Positions 14,550-24,655 of a DNA stretch of 64,000 nucleotides are shown here, one piece after another. Under the pieces are notes generated by a model. The model was not told the DNA's origin, ran no database searches, and saw only the letters and a program-made list of their open reading frames with translations. Both the position numbers and the translations under genes were made by a program. Each line of letters begins with the position of its first letter. Position 1 is the stretch's first letter. The stretch comes from Christensenellaceae bacterium (GTDB lineage Bacteria > Bacillota > Clostridia > Christensenellales > CAG-138): assembly GCA_022510765.1 (NCBI GenBank), contig JAFLSU010000005.1:7310-71309 (forward strand), given 5' to 3'.

Positions 14550-16421
14550 ATGACAAACAAACAGAAGCGTGAGCTTGCCGGAATAATTATCGGCACGGCG
14601 TTATTCGTTGCAGCCTTGATAGCAGCACATCTTATCCATGGCGTATCGGTTTGGTTGATAATACCGATGTTTGCGATTTCATATTTGGTGCTCGGATTGC
14701 CCGTCCTCATCGAAGCCGCATATGGACTTATCGGACGCAGGTTCATGGACGAGAATTTCCTTATGTCCATTGCTTCTATAGGTGCAATATGCGTGGGCGA
14801 ATTACACGAGGCGATACTCGTCATGCTGCTGTACCGCATTGGGGAGCTGTTCCAGTCGATTGCGGTCGGTAAAAGCAGGGCCTCTATCGCGGAACTTATG
14901 GATATGCGTCCCGACAGCGCAGTGCTCGAAACGGATGCTGGTGAAGTGCAGGTTGATCCCGAACAGGTGCGTGTGGGCGACATACTAATTGTTCGTGCGG
15001 GAGATAGGATCCCGCTCGATGGTGTCGTTATCGAAGGAACATCGAGTTTGAATACCGCTGCTCTAACGGGCGAATCCATCCCGAGGGACGTGTTCGTAGG
15101 TGATGAGGTTTCGGCAGGCTGCATCAATTTAAACGGCACTCTCCGCATTCGCGCGGAAAAGGAGTATGCAGATTCAACGGTTTCGCGTATGCTTGAGCTT
15201 ATCGAAGGAGCTGCCGCAAATAAATCAAAGAGCGAGGACTTCATAACAAAATTTGCAAGATGGTATACGCCGTCGGTCGTAGCTTTGGTGGTGCTTCTTG
15301 CAATAATCCCGCCGCTTGCATTCGGTCAAGATTGGTTCACATGGATCTATCGTGCGCTCACTTTCCTTGTTATCTCCTGCCCCTGCGCACTCGTCATTTC
15401 GGTTCCTCTCACCTTCTTCGGCGGAATTGGCGGAGCCGGACGAAAAGGCATCCTTATCAAGGGTTCCAACTATATGGAAACGCTTGCTAAATGCGATACT
15501 GTCGTATTCGATAAGACTGGAACGCTCACAAAAGGCAGTTTTACGGTCACGAAGATCATCCCCGCAAACGAAAGCGTTACCGAGAAGAAGGTTCTTATGT
15601 ATGCGGCAGCGTGTGAAAGATATTCAACGCATCCGCTTGCAAGCTGTATACGCCATGCGTATGGAGATGATAGACTGCTCGAAGCTTCGGATTTTGAGGA
15701 GCTTGCAGGGCTTGGCGTCAGCGCGAATGTTGATGGAGTCAAGGTATATGCAGGCAACGCAGTTTTGATGCAGCGAATTGGCGCAGCTTGCACCGAGATA
15801 GATGCGGCGGGGACATTGATACATGTTTCTATTGCCGAAGAATATCTCGGATGCATAGTTATTTCCGATGAACTTAAATCGGGAGCGCATGAGGCGGTGA
15901 ACAGGCTGCATAATGAGTTATCCATAAAAACCGTAATGCTTACAGGCGATAGGCACTCCATCGCAGAGAGCACGGCAAAAGAGCTGGGCATCGGACAGGT
16001 GCACGCCGAACTGCTCCCCGGAGACAAGGTCGATTGCATTGAAAAGCTCATAGACGAAGAGCGGAGCGGGTATAAGATCGCCTTCGTCGGCGACGGCATA
16101 AACGATGCACCTGTGCTCACAAGGGCGGATATAGGCATTGCGATGGGCGGGCTTAGCTCGGATGCGGCAATTGAAGCGGCTGATGCCGTCATCATGGATG
16201 ATAGAATTGAAAAAGTGCCGCTTGCTATCAGAATTGCTAAGCGAACCGTTAATATTGCCTGGCAGAATATTGTATTTGCACTCGCTGTGAAGCTGATAGT
16301 ATTGGTGCTTGGTGCATTGGGTTATGCGGAAATGTGGATGGCATTGATTGCCGATGTTGGCGTGTGTCTGGTCGCGATACTAAATGCTATGCGTGCGATG
16401 AGCATCACCAAAGCAAATTGA
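14550..16421 (+). CDS. cadA: heavy-metal (Cd/Zn/Co-type) translocating P1B-type ATPase
   Basis: 623 aa with TGES, CPC (SCPCALVISVP), DKTGTLT and GDGINDAP motifs. Confidence 0.93.
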   Translation: MTNKQKRELAGIIIGTALFVAALIAAHLIHGVSVWLIIPMFAISYLVLGLPVLIEAAYGLIGRRFMDENFLMSIASIGAICVGELHEAILVMLLYRIGELFQSIAVGKSRASIAELMDMRPDSAVLETDAGEVQVDPEQVRVGDILIVRAGDRIPLDGVVIEGTSSLNTAALTGESIPRDVFVGDEVSAGCINLNGTLRIRAEKEYADSTVSRMLELIEGAAANKSKSEDFITKFARWYTPSVVALVVLLAIIPPLAFGQDWFTWIYRALTFLVISCPCALVISVPLTFFGGIGGAGRKGILIKGSNYMETLAKCDTVVFDKTGTLTKGSFTVTKIIPANESVTEKKVLMYAAACERYSTHPLASCIRHAYGDDRLLEASDFEELAGLGVSANVDGVKVYAGNAVLMQRIGAACTEIDAAGTLIHVSIAEEYLGCIVISDELKSGAHEAVNRLHNELSIKTVMLTGDRHSIAESTAKELGIGQVHAELLPGDKVDCIEKLIDEERSGYKIAFVGDGINDAPVLTRADIGIAMGGLSSDAAIEAADAVIMDDRIEKVPLAIRIAKRTVNIAWQNIVFALAVKLIVLVLGALGYAEMWMALIADVGVCLVAILNAMRAMSITKAN

Positions 16422-16505
16422 TCCTATAGACGGACAACGCAATGTGCCAAACTTAGCAATCGCAATTATCCCGATAAATATATCTCGCAGAACGCGGTAT
16501 AACTC

Positions 16506-16533
16506 TTGAAAGAAAATAAAGAAATGCTATAAT
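16506..16533 (+). promoter_or_regulatory. candidate promoter of bcd-etfBA
   Basis: TTGAAA (16506-16511), 16 nt spacer, TATAAT (16528-16533). Confidence 0.45.
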
Positions 16534-16555
16534 AGCTGTATGACTGGCATGGCAG

Positions 16556-16586
16556 GAGCATCACCATCGAACGTGATGCTCTTTTA
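16556..16586 (+). other. perfect 9-bp hairpin plus short T-run in the bcd 5' leader
   Basis: GAGCATCAC-catcgaac-GTGATGCTC-TTTTA, about 15-20 nt after the predicted -10 and 28 nt before the bcd ATG. Confidence 0.5.
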
Positions 16587-16614
16587 GCCTACGCTGCACA
16601 GAGAGGAGACAACA

Positions 16615-17754
16615 ATGGATTTTAACCTTTCCAAACAGCAGGAGCTTATGAGACAGCTTATGCATGATTTCGCCGAAAACGAGGTCAAACCCCTCGCTGC
16701 AGAAATCGACGAAACGGAGCGGTTCCCGGTTGAAACAGTGGAGAAGATGTCCAAATATGGAATGCTTGGCATACCCATCCCTACGCAGTATGGAGGAGCT
16801 GGCGGCGACACCCTTAGCTACATTCTTGCGGTCGAAGAGCTTTCCAAGGTTTGCGCGACCACGGGCATCATACTCAGCGCACATACCTCACTTTGCTGTA
16901 CTCCGATATACAGCTACGGTACCGAGGAGCAGAAGCAAAAATATTTAATTCCGCTCGCAAAGGGCGAAAAGCTCGGCGCATTTGGTCTTACCGAACCGAA
17001 CGCGGGTACCGATTCTGCTGCGCAGCAGACGACCGCCGTGCTCGAAGACGATCATTGGGTGCTTAATGGCAGCAAGTGCTTTATCACCAACGGCGGTACC
17101 GCCGATGTTTTCATCGTCTTTGCGATGACTGATAAAACAAAGGGTAATAAGGGTATTTCTGCTTTCATAGTTGAAAAGGATTTCCCGGGTTTCTCCATCG
17201 GGAAGATCGAACACAAGATGGGCATCAGGGCAAGTTCAACTACGGAACTGATATTTGAGGACTGCATCGTTCCCAAGGAAAACCTTCTTGGGGAGATAAA
17301 CAAGGGATTCAAAATTGCAATGAGTACCCTTGACGGCGGACGTATTGGCGTGGCGGCTCAGGCACTGGGCATTGCCGAAGGTGCATTTGAGGAAACCGTT
17401 CGCTACATGAAGGAAAGGGTTCAGTTTAAAAAGCCCCTTTCCACCTTCCAGGGACTTCAGTGGATGATGGCTGACATGAAGTGTGAAATTGAGAGCGCAA
17501 AGCTGCTTGTCTACAAGGCGGCGACGGCAAAGGATTCCGGTAAATCCTATTCGATGGAGGCCGCTATGGCGAAGCTTACCGCCTCGAATACCGCCATGGA
17601 CGTAACGACCAAGTGCGTACAGCTTCACGGCGGCTATGGCTATTCAAGAGAATATCCCCTTGAGCGCATGATGCGTGACGCGAAGATTACGGAGATCTAC
17701 GAAGGTACTTCCCAAGTGCAGAAGATGGTCATCTCCGGGCAGATATTCAGGTAA
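16615..17754 (+). CDS. bcd: short-chain acyl-CoA (butyryl-CoA) dehydrogenase
   Basis: 379 aa. MDFNLSKQQELMRQLMHDFAENEVKPLAAEIDETERFP..., LTEPNAGTDS and YEGTSQVQ. Followed by etfB and etfA. Confidence 0.9.
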   Translation: MDFNLSKQQELMRQLMHDFAENEVKPLAAEIDETERFPVETVEKMSKYGMLGIPIPTQYGGAGGDTLSYILAVEELSKVCATTGIILSAHTSLCCTPIYSYGTEEQKQKYLIPLAKGEKLGAFGLTEPNAGTDSAAQQTTAVLEDDHWVLNGSKCFITNGGTADVFIVFAMTDKTKGNKGISAFIVEKDFPGFSIGKIEHKMGIRASSTTELIFEDCIVPKENLLGEINKGFKIAMSTLDGGRIGVAAQALGIAEGAFEETVRYMKERVQFKKPLSTFQGLQWMMADMKCEIESAKLLVYKAATAKDSGKSYSMEAAMAKLTASNTAMDVTTKCVQLHGGYGYSREYPLERMMRDAKITEIYEGTSQVQKMVISGQIFR

Positions 17755-17770
17755 TGGAGGAAGCGTGAAT

Positions 17771-18556
17771 ATGAATATAATTGTATGCATAAAGCAGGTT
17801 CCCGACACCACCGAAGTCAAGCTTGATCCAAAGACCGGCAGACTTATTCGGGATGGTGTGCCAAGCATTATCAACCCGGACGACAAGAATGCCCTTGAGG
17901 AGGCGCTTCGTATTAAGGATGCGAACCCGGACACCAAGATCACGGTCGTATCCATGGGACCCACACAGGCGGATGTCGCAATGCGTGAAGCGCTTGCAAT
18001 GGGTGCGGATGATGCGATCCTTATAAGCGCGCGCGAATTTGGCGGCTCCGACACTTGGGCGACTTCCTATATAATTGCGACTGCAATCAAGAAGATTGGT
18101 GGCTACGACATCATCCTTTGCGGCAGACAGGCGATCGACGGCGATACGGCGCAGGTAGGCCCCCAAATTGCGGAGCAGCTTAATATTCCGCAGATAACAT
18201 ATGTTCAAAACCTTGAAATAGATGGTGACAGTGTTATTGCCCAACGTCAGCTTGAGGATGGATACAGCATCGTCAAGGCTAAAATGCCTGTCCTGCTCAC
18301 GGCGATCAAGGAGCTTAACGAACCAAGGTATATGACTCCTCATGGAATCTTTGAAGCATATAATAAACAGGTACAGGTATGGGGTTTCGAAGACGTGCCT
18401 GTAGACCCCGAAAAGATAGGACTTAAGGGTTCTCCCACCAATGTTAAAAGAACTTTTAGCCCCGAAGCAAAAGGACAGGGCATCATGCTCGAAGGTGCGG
18501 ACAGGGAAACCGTTCGCAAGCTCATCGAATGCCTTGATGAAAAGCATCTTCTTTGA
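17771..18556 (+). CDS. etfB: electron transfer flavoprotein beta subunit
   Basis: Start MNIIVCIKQVPDTTEVKLD at 17771 within track ORF 17675..18556. 261 aa. Confidence 0.92.
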   Translation: MNIIVCIKQVPDTTEVKLDPKTGRLIRDGVPSIINPDDKNALEEALRIKDANPDTKITVVSMGPTQADVAMREALAMGADDAILISAREFGGSDTWATSYIIATAIKKIGGYDIILCGRQAIDGDTAQVGPQIAEQLNIPQITYVQNLEIDGDSVIAQRQLEDGYSIVKAKMPVLLTAIKELNEPRYMTPHGIFEAYNKQVQVWGFEDVPVDPEKIGLKGSPTNVKRTFSPEAKGQGIMLEGADRETVRKLIECLDEKHLL

Positions 18557-18570
18557 TGGAGGAATAGACT

Positions 18571-19758
18571 ATGTCAGTTAAGGTTATAAGTGAAAAATGT
18601 ATCGGCTGCGGCGTATGTGCGGATTCATGCCCTGTTGGAGCGATCGACGTTTCAAGAGGCACTGCCTTTATTAATGATAAATGTATCAGCTGCGGCGCAT
18701 GCATAAACAACTGTCCGTGCGAGGCTATTGAGGCGGATAAGGCGGAAACGGCGGAAATGCCCCAAGGCGAAGGGTATCATGGAGTTTGGGTGTTTGCCGA
18801 ACAGCGCGGCGGCGTACTCATGAGTACCGTCGCAGAGCTTCTTGGCGAAGGAAGAAAGCTAGCGGACAAGCTGGGTGTTGAGCTTTCAGCGTTGCTCCTC
18901 GGCTTCGGCGTTGAATCTCTCGCAGGCGAGCTTGCGGCGTATGGTGCGGACAGGGTCATCATTGCGGAGTCCGAGCTTCTAAATGAATATACCACCGAAG
19001 GTTACGCCAAGGTAATTACAGACCTTGTGAGCGAGCGCAAACCCGAGATCATGCTCATAGGCGCAACAAATATCGGTCGCGATTTAGGACCGAGGCTTTC
19101 GTCAAGGCTCTACACCGGTCTTACTGCGGATTGTACCGGTCTCGATATCGACGAGGAAACCAAGGGACTGCTGCAAACCCGCCCTGCGTTTGGCGGAAAC
19201 GTTATGGCAACCATCGTTACTCCAAACCACCGTCCGCAGATGGCTACAGTGCGCCCAGGAGTTATGAAGAAGGCAAGCTATGACCCCGAGCGCAAAGCAA
19301 TTGTTGATAAGGCTGATTTTGAACTGTCTGACTCCGATATTCGCACAAAAGTTATCGAAACGGTTAAGTCCCTTAAGCAGGAGGTCAACCTTGTCGATGC
19401 CGATATTATCGTTGCCGGCGGCAGGGGCGTAGGCAGTGCCGAAGGCTTTAAGCTCATAGAACAGCTTGCTGAGGCTATGGGCGGCGTAGTCGGCGCAAGC
19501 CGTGCCGCAGTCGAGTCGGGTTACATATCAGCCGATCATCAGGTAGGTCAGACGGGCAAGACGGTACGTCCCAAGATTTACATTGCCTGCGGAATCTCCG
19601 GCGCAATACAGCATCTTGCGGGTATGCAGAACAGCGGCTGCATTATCGCAATAAACAAGAATGCCGACGCTCCTATCTTCTCGGTGGCGGATTACGGCAT
19701 TTGCGGAGACCTTAGTAAGGTCATCCCGATGCTCATCGACGAAATCAAGGCAAGATAA
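18571..19758 (+). CDS. etfA: electron transfer flavoprotein alpha subunit with N-terminal 2x[4Fe-4S] ferredoxin domain
   Basis: 395 aa. Two CxxCxxCxxxCP motifs (CIGCGVCADSCP, CISCGACINNCP) are followed by the EtfA body (GGRGVGS, IYIACGISGAIQHLAGM). Confidence 0.9.
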   Translation: MSVKVISEKCIGCGVCADSCPVGAIDVSRGTAFINDKCISCGACINNCPCEAIEADKAETAEMPQGEGYHGVWVFAEQRGGVLMSTVAELLGEGRKLADKLGVELSALLLGFGVESLAGELAAYGADRVIIAESELLNEYTTEGYAKVITDLVSERKPEIMLIGATNIGRDLGPRLSSRLYTGLTADCTGLDIDEETKGLLQTRPAFGGNVMATIVTPNHRPQMATVRPGVMKKASYDPERKAIVDKADFELSDSDIRTKVIETVKSLKQEVNLVDADIIVAGGRGVGSAEGFKLIEQLAEAMGGVVGASRAAVESGYISADHQVGQTGKTVRPKIYIACGISGAIQHLAGMQNSGCIIAINKNADAPIFSVADYGICGDLSKVIPMLIDEIKAR

Positions 19759-19851
19759 TTTTTGAACGTTGCAGAAGCATATAAGTTCATATTGCAGGGG
19801 GAGGAAAGCAAACAACCGCCCCCTGTTCGTTTTTGTAGCAAAAGCATTGGA

Positions 19852-20070
19852 TCATGCCGCCGAAACGAGCGCAATCAGATCCTCGATCGTTTTGAAGCAA
19901 TCATCATCGCAAATTATGATATTGAATGCATCTTCGATCGCCATTACGACTTCGGTTATATCGAGCCGATTGAGGCTAAGATCGCAAGGAGTACTGTATC
20001 TTTCGATACGATCGACCGGAGTGCCGATAGTATCGTGGATGATTTGTTGAATGATGCCATAAATATCCAT
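19852..20070 (-). CDS. acyl-carrier-protein-like small protein (canonical Ser position substituted)
   Basis: 72 aa. ...CDLSLNRLDITEVVMAIEDAFNIIICDDD.. aligns by eye with the ACP helix II region [20 protein letters not shown]. Confidence 0.55.
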   Translation of the reverse strand: MDIYGIIQQIIHDTIGTPVDRIERYSTPCDLSLNRLDITEVVMAIEDAFNIIICDDDCFKTIEDLIALVSAA

Positions 20071-20275
20071 AAAACTATGTCCTTTGAAGTTCTAAGGCCC
20101 CTTCCCTGCCCCGCTTCCAAACGGGACAATAAACTGACATTCAAATATGTATGAAGAATAAGCCGCAAAAACACCTATTTTGCCGAATATTAATTAGTAT
20201 AAGATGATGGTTCTTTTTAAAAAGGATGCCGATAATTATATTGTCAGCATAGGCAAATTCATGTATAATTGAACT

Positions 20276-21220
20276 GTGAAAGCAAAGAAACGAAAATATA
20301 TGCATCCTTCAAGAGTTCTGATAGGTGTCCGACTGATAATTGCCGCCCTTGCCATACTTGGCGCGGTGATTACGGTCATTACAGTAAGCCCGAATGAAAC
20401 GGCTCACCCATCGGATGTTCCAACTAATGGCACAGAGGTCGTATACCCCGGGCTTATGGTCTATGCGATAGACGTAGGTCAGGGTGACTGCTTTTTGCTG
20501 GTATCCCCTAACGGAAAGACCATGCTCGTAGATTCCGGTGAAGCAAGGGAAGCGGAGGGCGTTATGGAATTTCTGGATGTACATGGTGTTGACCATCTCG
20601 ATTTGGTTGTTGCAACACACCCGCATACCGACCATATAGGTGGTTTGAGCCGGATAATATCCGAGTTCGAGACAGGGGCTCTAATGCTTCCCGAGGTTGA
20701 GTATGACATTAAATCATACAATGAACTTTTGGAAACCGCAGATAAACGGCATGTTGAATGCATATATGTTTGGAGCGGGGATAAGATCACATGGGATGAA
20801 TCATGTTCGATTGATATACTCTCGCCCGTTGAAGGGGCGGAGTATTCCAAAACGGATATGAACCAATGGAGCATCATCATGCGGGTGAGCTTCCTTGGCA
20901 CCTCAATGCTGTTCACCGGTGATGCCGAGGCCCACGCAGAGCAGACTGCGATGTTCTATAATTATCGGGAGATGTTTGATGCGGATGTTCTCAAGGTCGC
21001 GCACCATGGTTCAGCCTATTCTTCCTCGATAGGCTTTCTGGAAACCGTCAATCCGAGCATTGCGATCATTTCGGCAGGCGTTGGGAACAGCTATGGCCAT
21101 CCCGATTTCGATACGCTTAACAAGCTTAAGCTGATGGGCGTTACGGTTTACAGAACCGATTTGCTTGGCAATATAGCCATTTTACTTGATGGCGAAAATG
21201 TAATTATTAACGAAGGGTAA
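20276..21220 (+). CDS. ComEC/Rec2-related metallo-beta-lactamase-fold hydrolase, membrane anchored
   Basis: 314 aa with an N-terminal TM segment, then IDVGQGDCFLL, HPHTDHIGG and KVAHHGS motifs. Confidence 0.8.
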   Translation: MKAKKRKYMHPSRVLIGVRLIIAALAILGAVITVITVSPNETAHPSDVPTNGTEVVYPGLMVYAIDVGQGDCFLLVSPNGKTMLVDSGEAREAEGVMEFLDVHGVDHLDLVVATHPHTDHIGGLSRIISEFETGALMLPEVEYDIKSYNELLETADKRHVECIYVWSGDKITWDESCSIDILSPVEGAEYSKTDMNQWSIIMRVSFLGTSMLFTGDAEAHAEQTAMFYNYREMFDADVLKVAHHGSAYSSSIGFLETVNPSIAIISAGVGNSYGHPDFDTLNKLKLMGVTVYRTDLLGNIAILLDGENVIINEG

Positions 21221-21233
21221 GGAGGAGAAAAAG

Positions 21234-22070
21234 ATGTACTGTCCAAATTGCAAAAAAGAAGCAGGAACCGATGATTACTGTCCTTGGTGCGGCCGGAAGC
21301 TCAGCGAAAAAAGGTTGATTGATAACAGTCGTTCAATATCCGGCGAGCATGGCACAGACCTAAAGAATAAAACTAAGATCAATTATAGTAAACCTCTTTG
21401 TCTTGTATTTGCACTTGTATTGTTATTTACAATGATCTTGCCCTGGGTGCGCATTGCGGTACCGCAGGCGGAAGTTGAGCTTAGCATGTCGGTTTTCAGC
21501 ATACAGCCTCGGTTCTCGGAATACTCCGATTTGGCGATCATGTATGCCCCGCTTGCGGGAATCGACATACAGCCCTATGAGGATATAATCTGGCTGACCA
21601 ATGGAATCCTTCTTATCGTAACTGCATTTTTCATGTTGACAGCTTTGAATTTTATCCTGTTTGGTATAATAGGTGTATTCAGCAAGGGGCGTGCGAGATA
21701 CTTTTTTGCGAGGGTCGGCTGTGTATTGTACATAATAGGCTTGTGCCTGTTCATCGCTTCTATCTTAGTCGGGAACAGTTATCTGAAAACATCGTTGGGA
21801 GACAGCCTGTCTACCTATGGCGTTGAGGTATCGCTGTCACTCACATTATGGCCGTTTGTTGCGCTCGTTTTGACAATTCTGTTCAGAACCATTGGAATCC
21901 GTGCCCTGCGATATTTTAACGGTATAAGCTGCATGAGTCGCGGTTACAACGATGTAGCGGAACGGGAACTCGGTAAGATTAATAAGTTAAAATACATCAA
22001 AATGGCCAATCAGGAACATAGTAAGCGTCGTTATGCATATATGCAAGAAGATGACTTATGGGGTTCTTGA
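21234..22070 (+). CDS. zinc-ribbon membrane protein, unknown function
   Basis: 278 aa. MYCPNCKKEAGTDDYCPWCGRKL followed by about 4-5 TM helices. Confidence 0.65.
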   Translation: MYCPNCKKEAGTDDYCPWCGRKLSEKRLIDNSRSISGEHGTDLKNKTKINYSKPLCLVFALVLLFTMILPWVRIAVPQAEVELSMSVFSIQPRFSEYSDLAIMYAPLAGIDIQPYEDIIWLTNGILLIVTAFFMLTALNFILFGIIGVFSKGRARYFFARVGCVLYIIGLCLFIASILVGNSYLKTSLGDSLSTYGVEVSLSLTLWPFVALVLTILFRTIGIRALRYFNGISCMSRGYNDVAERELGKINKLKYIKMANQEHSKRRYAYMQEDDLWGS

Positions 22071-22190
22071 ATAACCAAATTGCTGAATTTTCATACAGTC
22101 CGAATTACGCTCGGGCTGTTTTTATTATCTGTTTTTTGCACATAGGCAGGGCATCAGCGGCATAACCTAAACAAAAAAGGGGTGTCTATA

Positions 22191-23009
22191 ATGCGGACAA
22201 AAGATTGTTCAAATAAGAGCGGTGCTGCGAACCGTACCATTAGCGTAGCATTGTTTTCCGTTATATGGTTTACAGTATGCGTTGCGACGGTTATTGCAGC
22301 AATTGAAATGCCATTAAGCAAGCTTATCAAAGGTGGCAACGCAGGAAATTACAATGTAGGTGGATACAACACGAATGGAAATCAGTCAGACATGCACGGT
22401 GCATACGGACAAAACACGAATGAATCAACGCACAATTTCGATGGGAATTCACCATTAATGAGAACCTATAGGAGTTTTACTCTAAGGCAGGCGGCGGACA
22501 ACAGGCCAATGCTTATTGAAGGCGATTATGTTCGCTCTAAAAACGATCGAGTATCGCAGCGGGAAATGCTTGCACCGATTGAATCATTATGTATGTTTAT
22601 GAGCAGCGGGGATACTGACGATCTGTTTAGTGCAGTACATCCGAAGCTCACTGAATACCTAATGGACAAATTCGGTGCGGCCATTGATCTCTTGGGAGGC
22701 AGCAAGGTCTTACTGCAGCACCTTGCGAAAAGCATTCTGAATGAGGATGTATCATTCATTGGAGAAGCCGATTCCGTGGATTATGAAGTGCTGACCACCC
22801 GAGAATTAAACGAAGCGCAAATGAATGAGATAGATGAGAATGCTGAGTCGTGGCATTCTGATTTAAACATTTCTGAAGCTGCCCGTATCGAACTGCGCTT
22901 CCGTATTAAGCTTGATTCCGACGTGAAAATAATAGATAGCAAGCTGACCGTTTTCAAAACAACGGAGGGATGGTTTATAGATATTGGAAAAGCCCTTATG
23001 GGGTCCTGA
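22191..23009 (+). CDS. membrane-anchored hypothetical protein
   Basis: Track ORF 22182..23009. ATG 22191 is better spaced from AAGGGG. One TM segment, an N/G-rich linker and a globular C-terminal part. No recognisable motif. Confidence 0.55.
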   Translation: MRTKDCSNKSGAANRTISVALFSVIWFTVCVATVIAAIEMPLSKLIKGGNAGNYNVGGYNTNGNQSDMHGAYGQNTNESTHNFDGNSPLMRTYRSFTLRQAADNRPMLIEGDYVRSKNDRVSQREMLAPIESLCMFMSSGDTDDLFSAVHPKLTEYLMDKFGAAIDLLGGSKVLLQHLAKSILNEDVSFIGEADSVDYEVLTTRELNEAQMNEIDENAESWHSDLNISEAARIELRFRIKLDSDVKIIDSKLTVFKTTEGWFIDIGKALMGS

Positions 23010-23065
23010 TGCAGTTGAACATAAAACCGTGAATCCCGACAGAACAGGTCGGAAAAGGCATAACA

Positions 23066-23089
23066 AAAAGCAGGGCAAGCCCTGCTTTT
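23066..23089. terminator. bidirectional intrinsic terminator between convergent genes
   Basis: AAAAGCAGGGC-aa-GCCCTGCTTTT. Confidence 0.7.
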
Positions 23090-23107
23090 AAATTCACGCC
23101 TAAAGGC

Positions 23108-24517
23108 TTAGTTTGTTTTAATACCGTACACGCGGGAGGCAATCTGGTCGATGTAATCGTCCTTCATTTTGATCTTGGTCTCAGCCTTCCACTCGTTAAA
23201 GCGATCCTCGTAGTGCTTCTGCTGGAGCTCCAGGAGCCTGAATTCATGGATGTTCTGCCAGATTTCATTCTCGGGATCATCAACGAAGTCAACATCACCA
23301 GCCTCAAGAATATCCTTGATGTAAATATAGTGGATGCCTGACTTTGATCTAACCGCTGCGATCTCGGTGCCGTCCGAAAGCGTGTAATACTCTACATCAT
23401 AAGTTTTGGGCTCAGGCGTAGGAGTCGGGGAAACAGCGGGAGTTGCGGTCGCTTCGGGGGTTGCCGTGGGATCCGCAGTATTGTCGGTATCCTCCTTATC
23501 CTTATCCTTATCCTCTTCTCCCTTAACGGTCGGTTCCCAATCATGACCCGCAAAGAGCTTCATTGCGGCATAACCAAAGCCATCATAATACTTACCGATT
23601 AAATCTTCATGCATCAGATAACCGTGCTCAATGTAAGCATCGTTGGACATACCGGGGTCATCGTTGTTTTCCTTGACGAACTCTTCGAATTCTGCAAAGG
23701 TTGTGCTATTGCCTTCCTTAATGAGCTCGAGCGTCTTCTCATTAAGCTCCTCAGCCTCCTCGCTAAGGGTCCCGTCCTTAGGATCGTCAACATTCTTTTC
23801 AAATTTTACTAACACATGCTTCACCGAGAACAGATTCTCGGGGGTGAAGAGCGGGATCATTCCATCGCCTTGGATATAGCTTGAGTATGCTTCATAGAAT
23901 TTGCTGATATAGTCCTCAGTCTTTTCGCTGTAAGTTTCGCGCGCTTTTTCAATGTTTTCGTCATAATACTTCTTGACTTCTTCATCCGCTAGCGTGATCT
24001 CGGCGTATACCTTGTCCTTGAGCTTTTCCATGAGCATATCCTCACGCAAACCCTGCTTCATATCGGCCATATACTTATTAAAGCTGGTTCCGTTCTTGCG
24101 GAGATTTGACTTAAACTGCTTGAGGCGCGCTTCATAGATCTCCTGCTCATCGGTGATGCTTTCATCGACCTTTATGCTTGAGAGACTGGATTCGAGCTTC
24201 TCCTGTACTTTCTTGTCAAGCTCAGCTTCTTCCTCAGCAGTAAGCTCTATACCCTCGACATAGCACCGATTGAGCGTAACGCCATAGGCAATAAGCTGTT
24301 CTTTAATGTAGTTGTTAAGATCGAAGTCGCCCAAACTTCCCGTCATATGATAGTAAGCGTATTGCTGATAAATACTCTGATACTGAGAGAAAGTAATCGT
24401 AACTTTGCCCACTTTACCGATAACTGGGTTGTTTTCGGTGGCAGAGCATGCAACGACACCGAGCAGTATTGTGACCGCCAAGAGCAGTGCGATCAGTTTG
24501 GCGAATAGGTTCTTCAT
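23108..24517 (-). CDS. SurA/PrsA-like lipoprotein (putative peptidyl-prolyl isomerase/foldase)
   Basis: Start MKNLFAKLIALLLAVTILLGVVACS at 24517 (lipobox; AAGGAGA RBS). Long helical N-terminal domain, a parvulin-like VKHVLVKF segment, and an acidic / Pro-Thr-rich linker. Confidence 0.65.
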   Translation of the reverse strand: MKNLFAKLIALLLAVTILLGVVACSATENNPVIGKVGKVTITFSQYQSIYQQYAYYHMTGSLGDFDLNNYIKEQLIAYGVTLNRCYVEGIELTAEEEAELDKKVQEKLESSLSSIKVDESITDEQEIYEARLKQFKSNLRKNGTSFNKYMADMKQGLREDMLMEKLKDKVYAEITLADEEVKKYYDENIEKARETYSEKTEDYISKFYEAYSSYIQGDGMIPLFTPENLFSVKHVLVKFEKNVDDPKDGTLSEEAEELNEKTLELIKEGNSTTFAEFEEFVKENNDDPGMSNDAYIEHGYLMHEDLIGKYYDGFGYAAMKLFAGHDWEPTVKGEEDKDKDKEDTDNTADPTATPEATATPAVSPTPTPEPKTYDVEYYTLSDGTEIAAVRSKSGIHYIYIKDILEAGDVDFVDDPENEIWQNIHEFRLLELQQKHYEDRFNEWKAETKIKMKDDYIDQIASRVYGIKTN

Positions 24518-24655
24518 TTTTAATCTCCTTTTGTTTGAATCCAAATTCTTATACATTTTAATGTCCAAATCATGCTTTGTCAACAGTATTATGGACATAA
24601 AGAAGCGGAATGCGCTAAAAACAGTCTGCTCCATCAAAAACTAAATACTCATCCG

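Noticed and set aside
14459-16195. Minus-strand ORFs 14459..15244 and 15470..16195 (261 and 241 aa)
   Set aside because: Both are Ser/Pro/Ala-rich antisense frames of the P-type ATPase gene, whose plus-strand motifs (CPC, DKTGT, GDGINDAP) are unambiguous.
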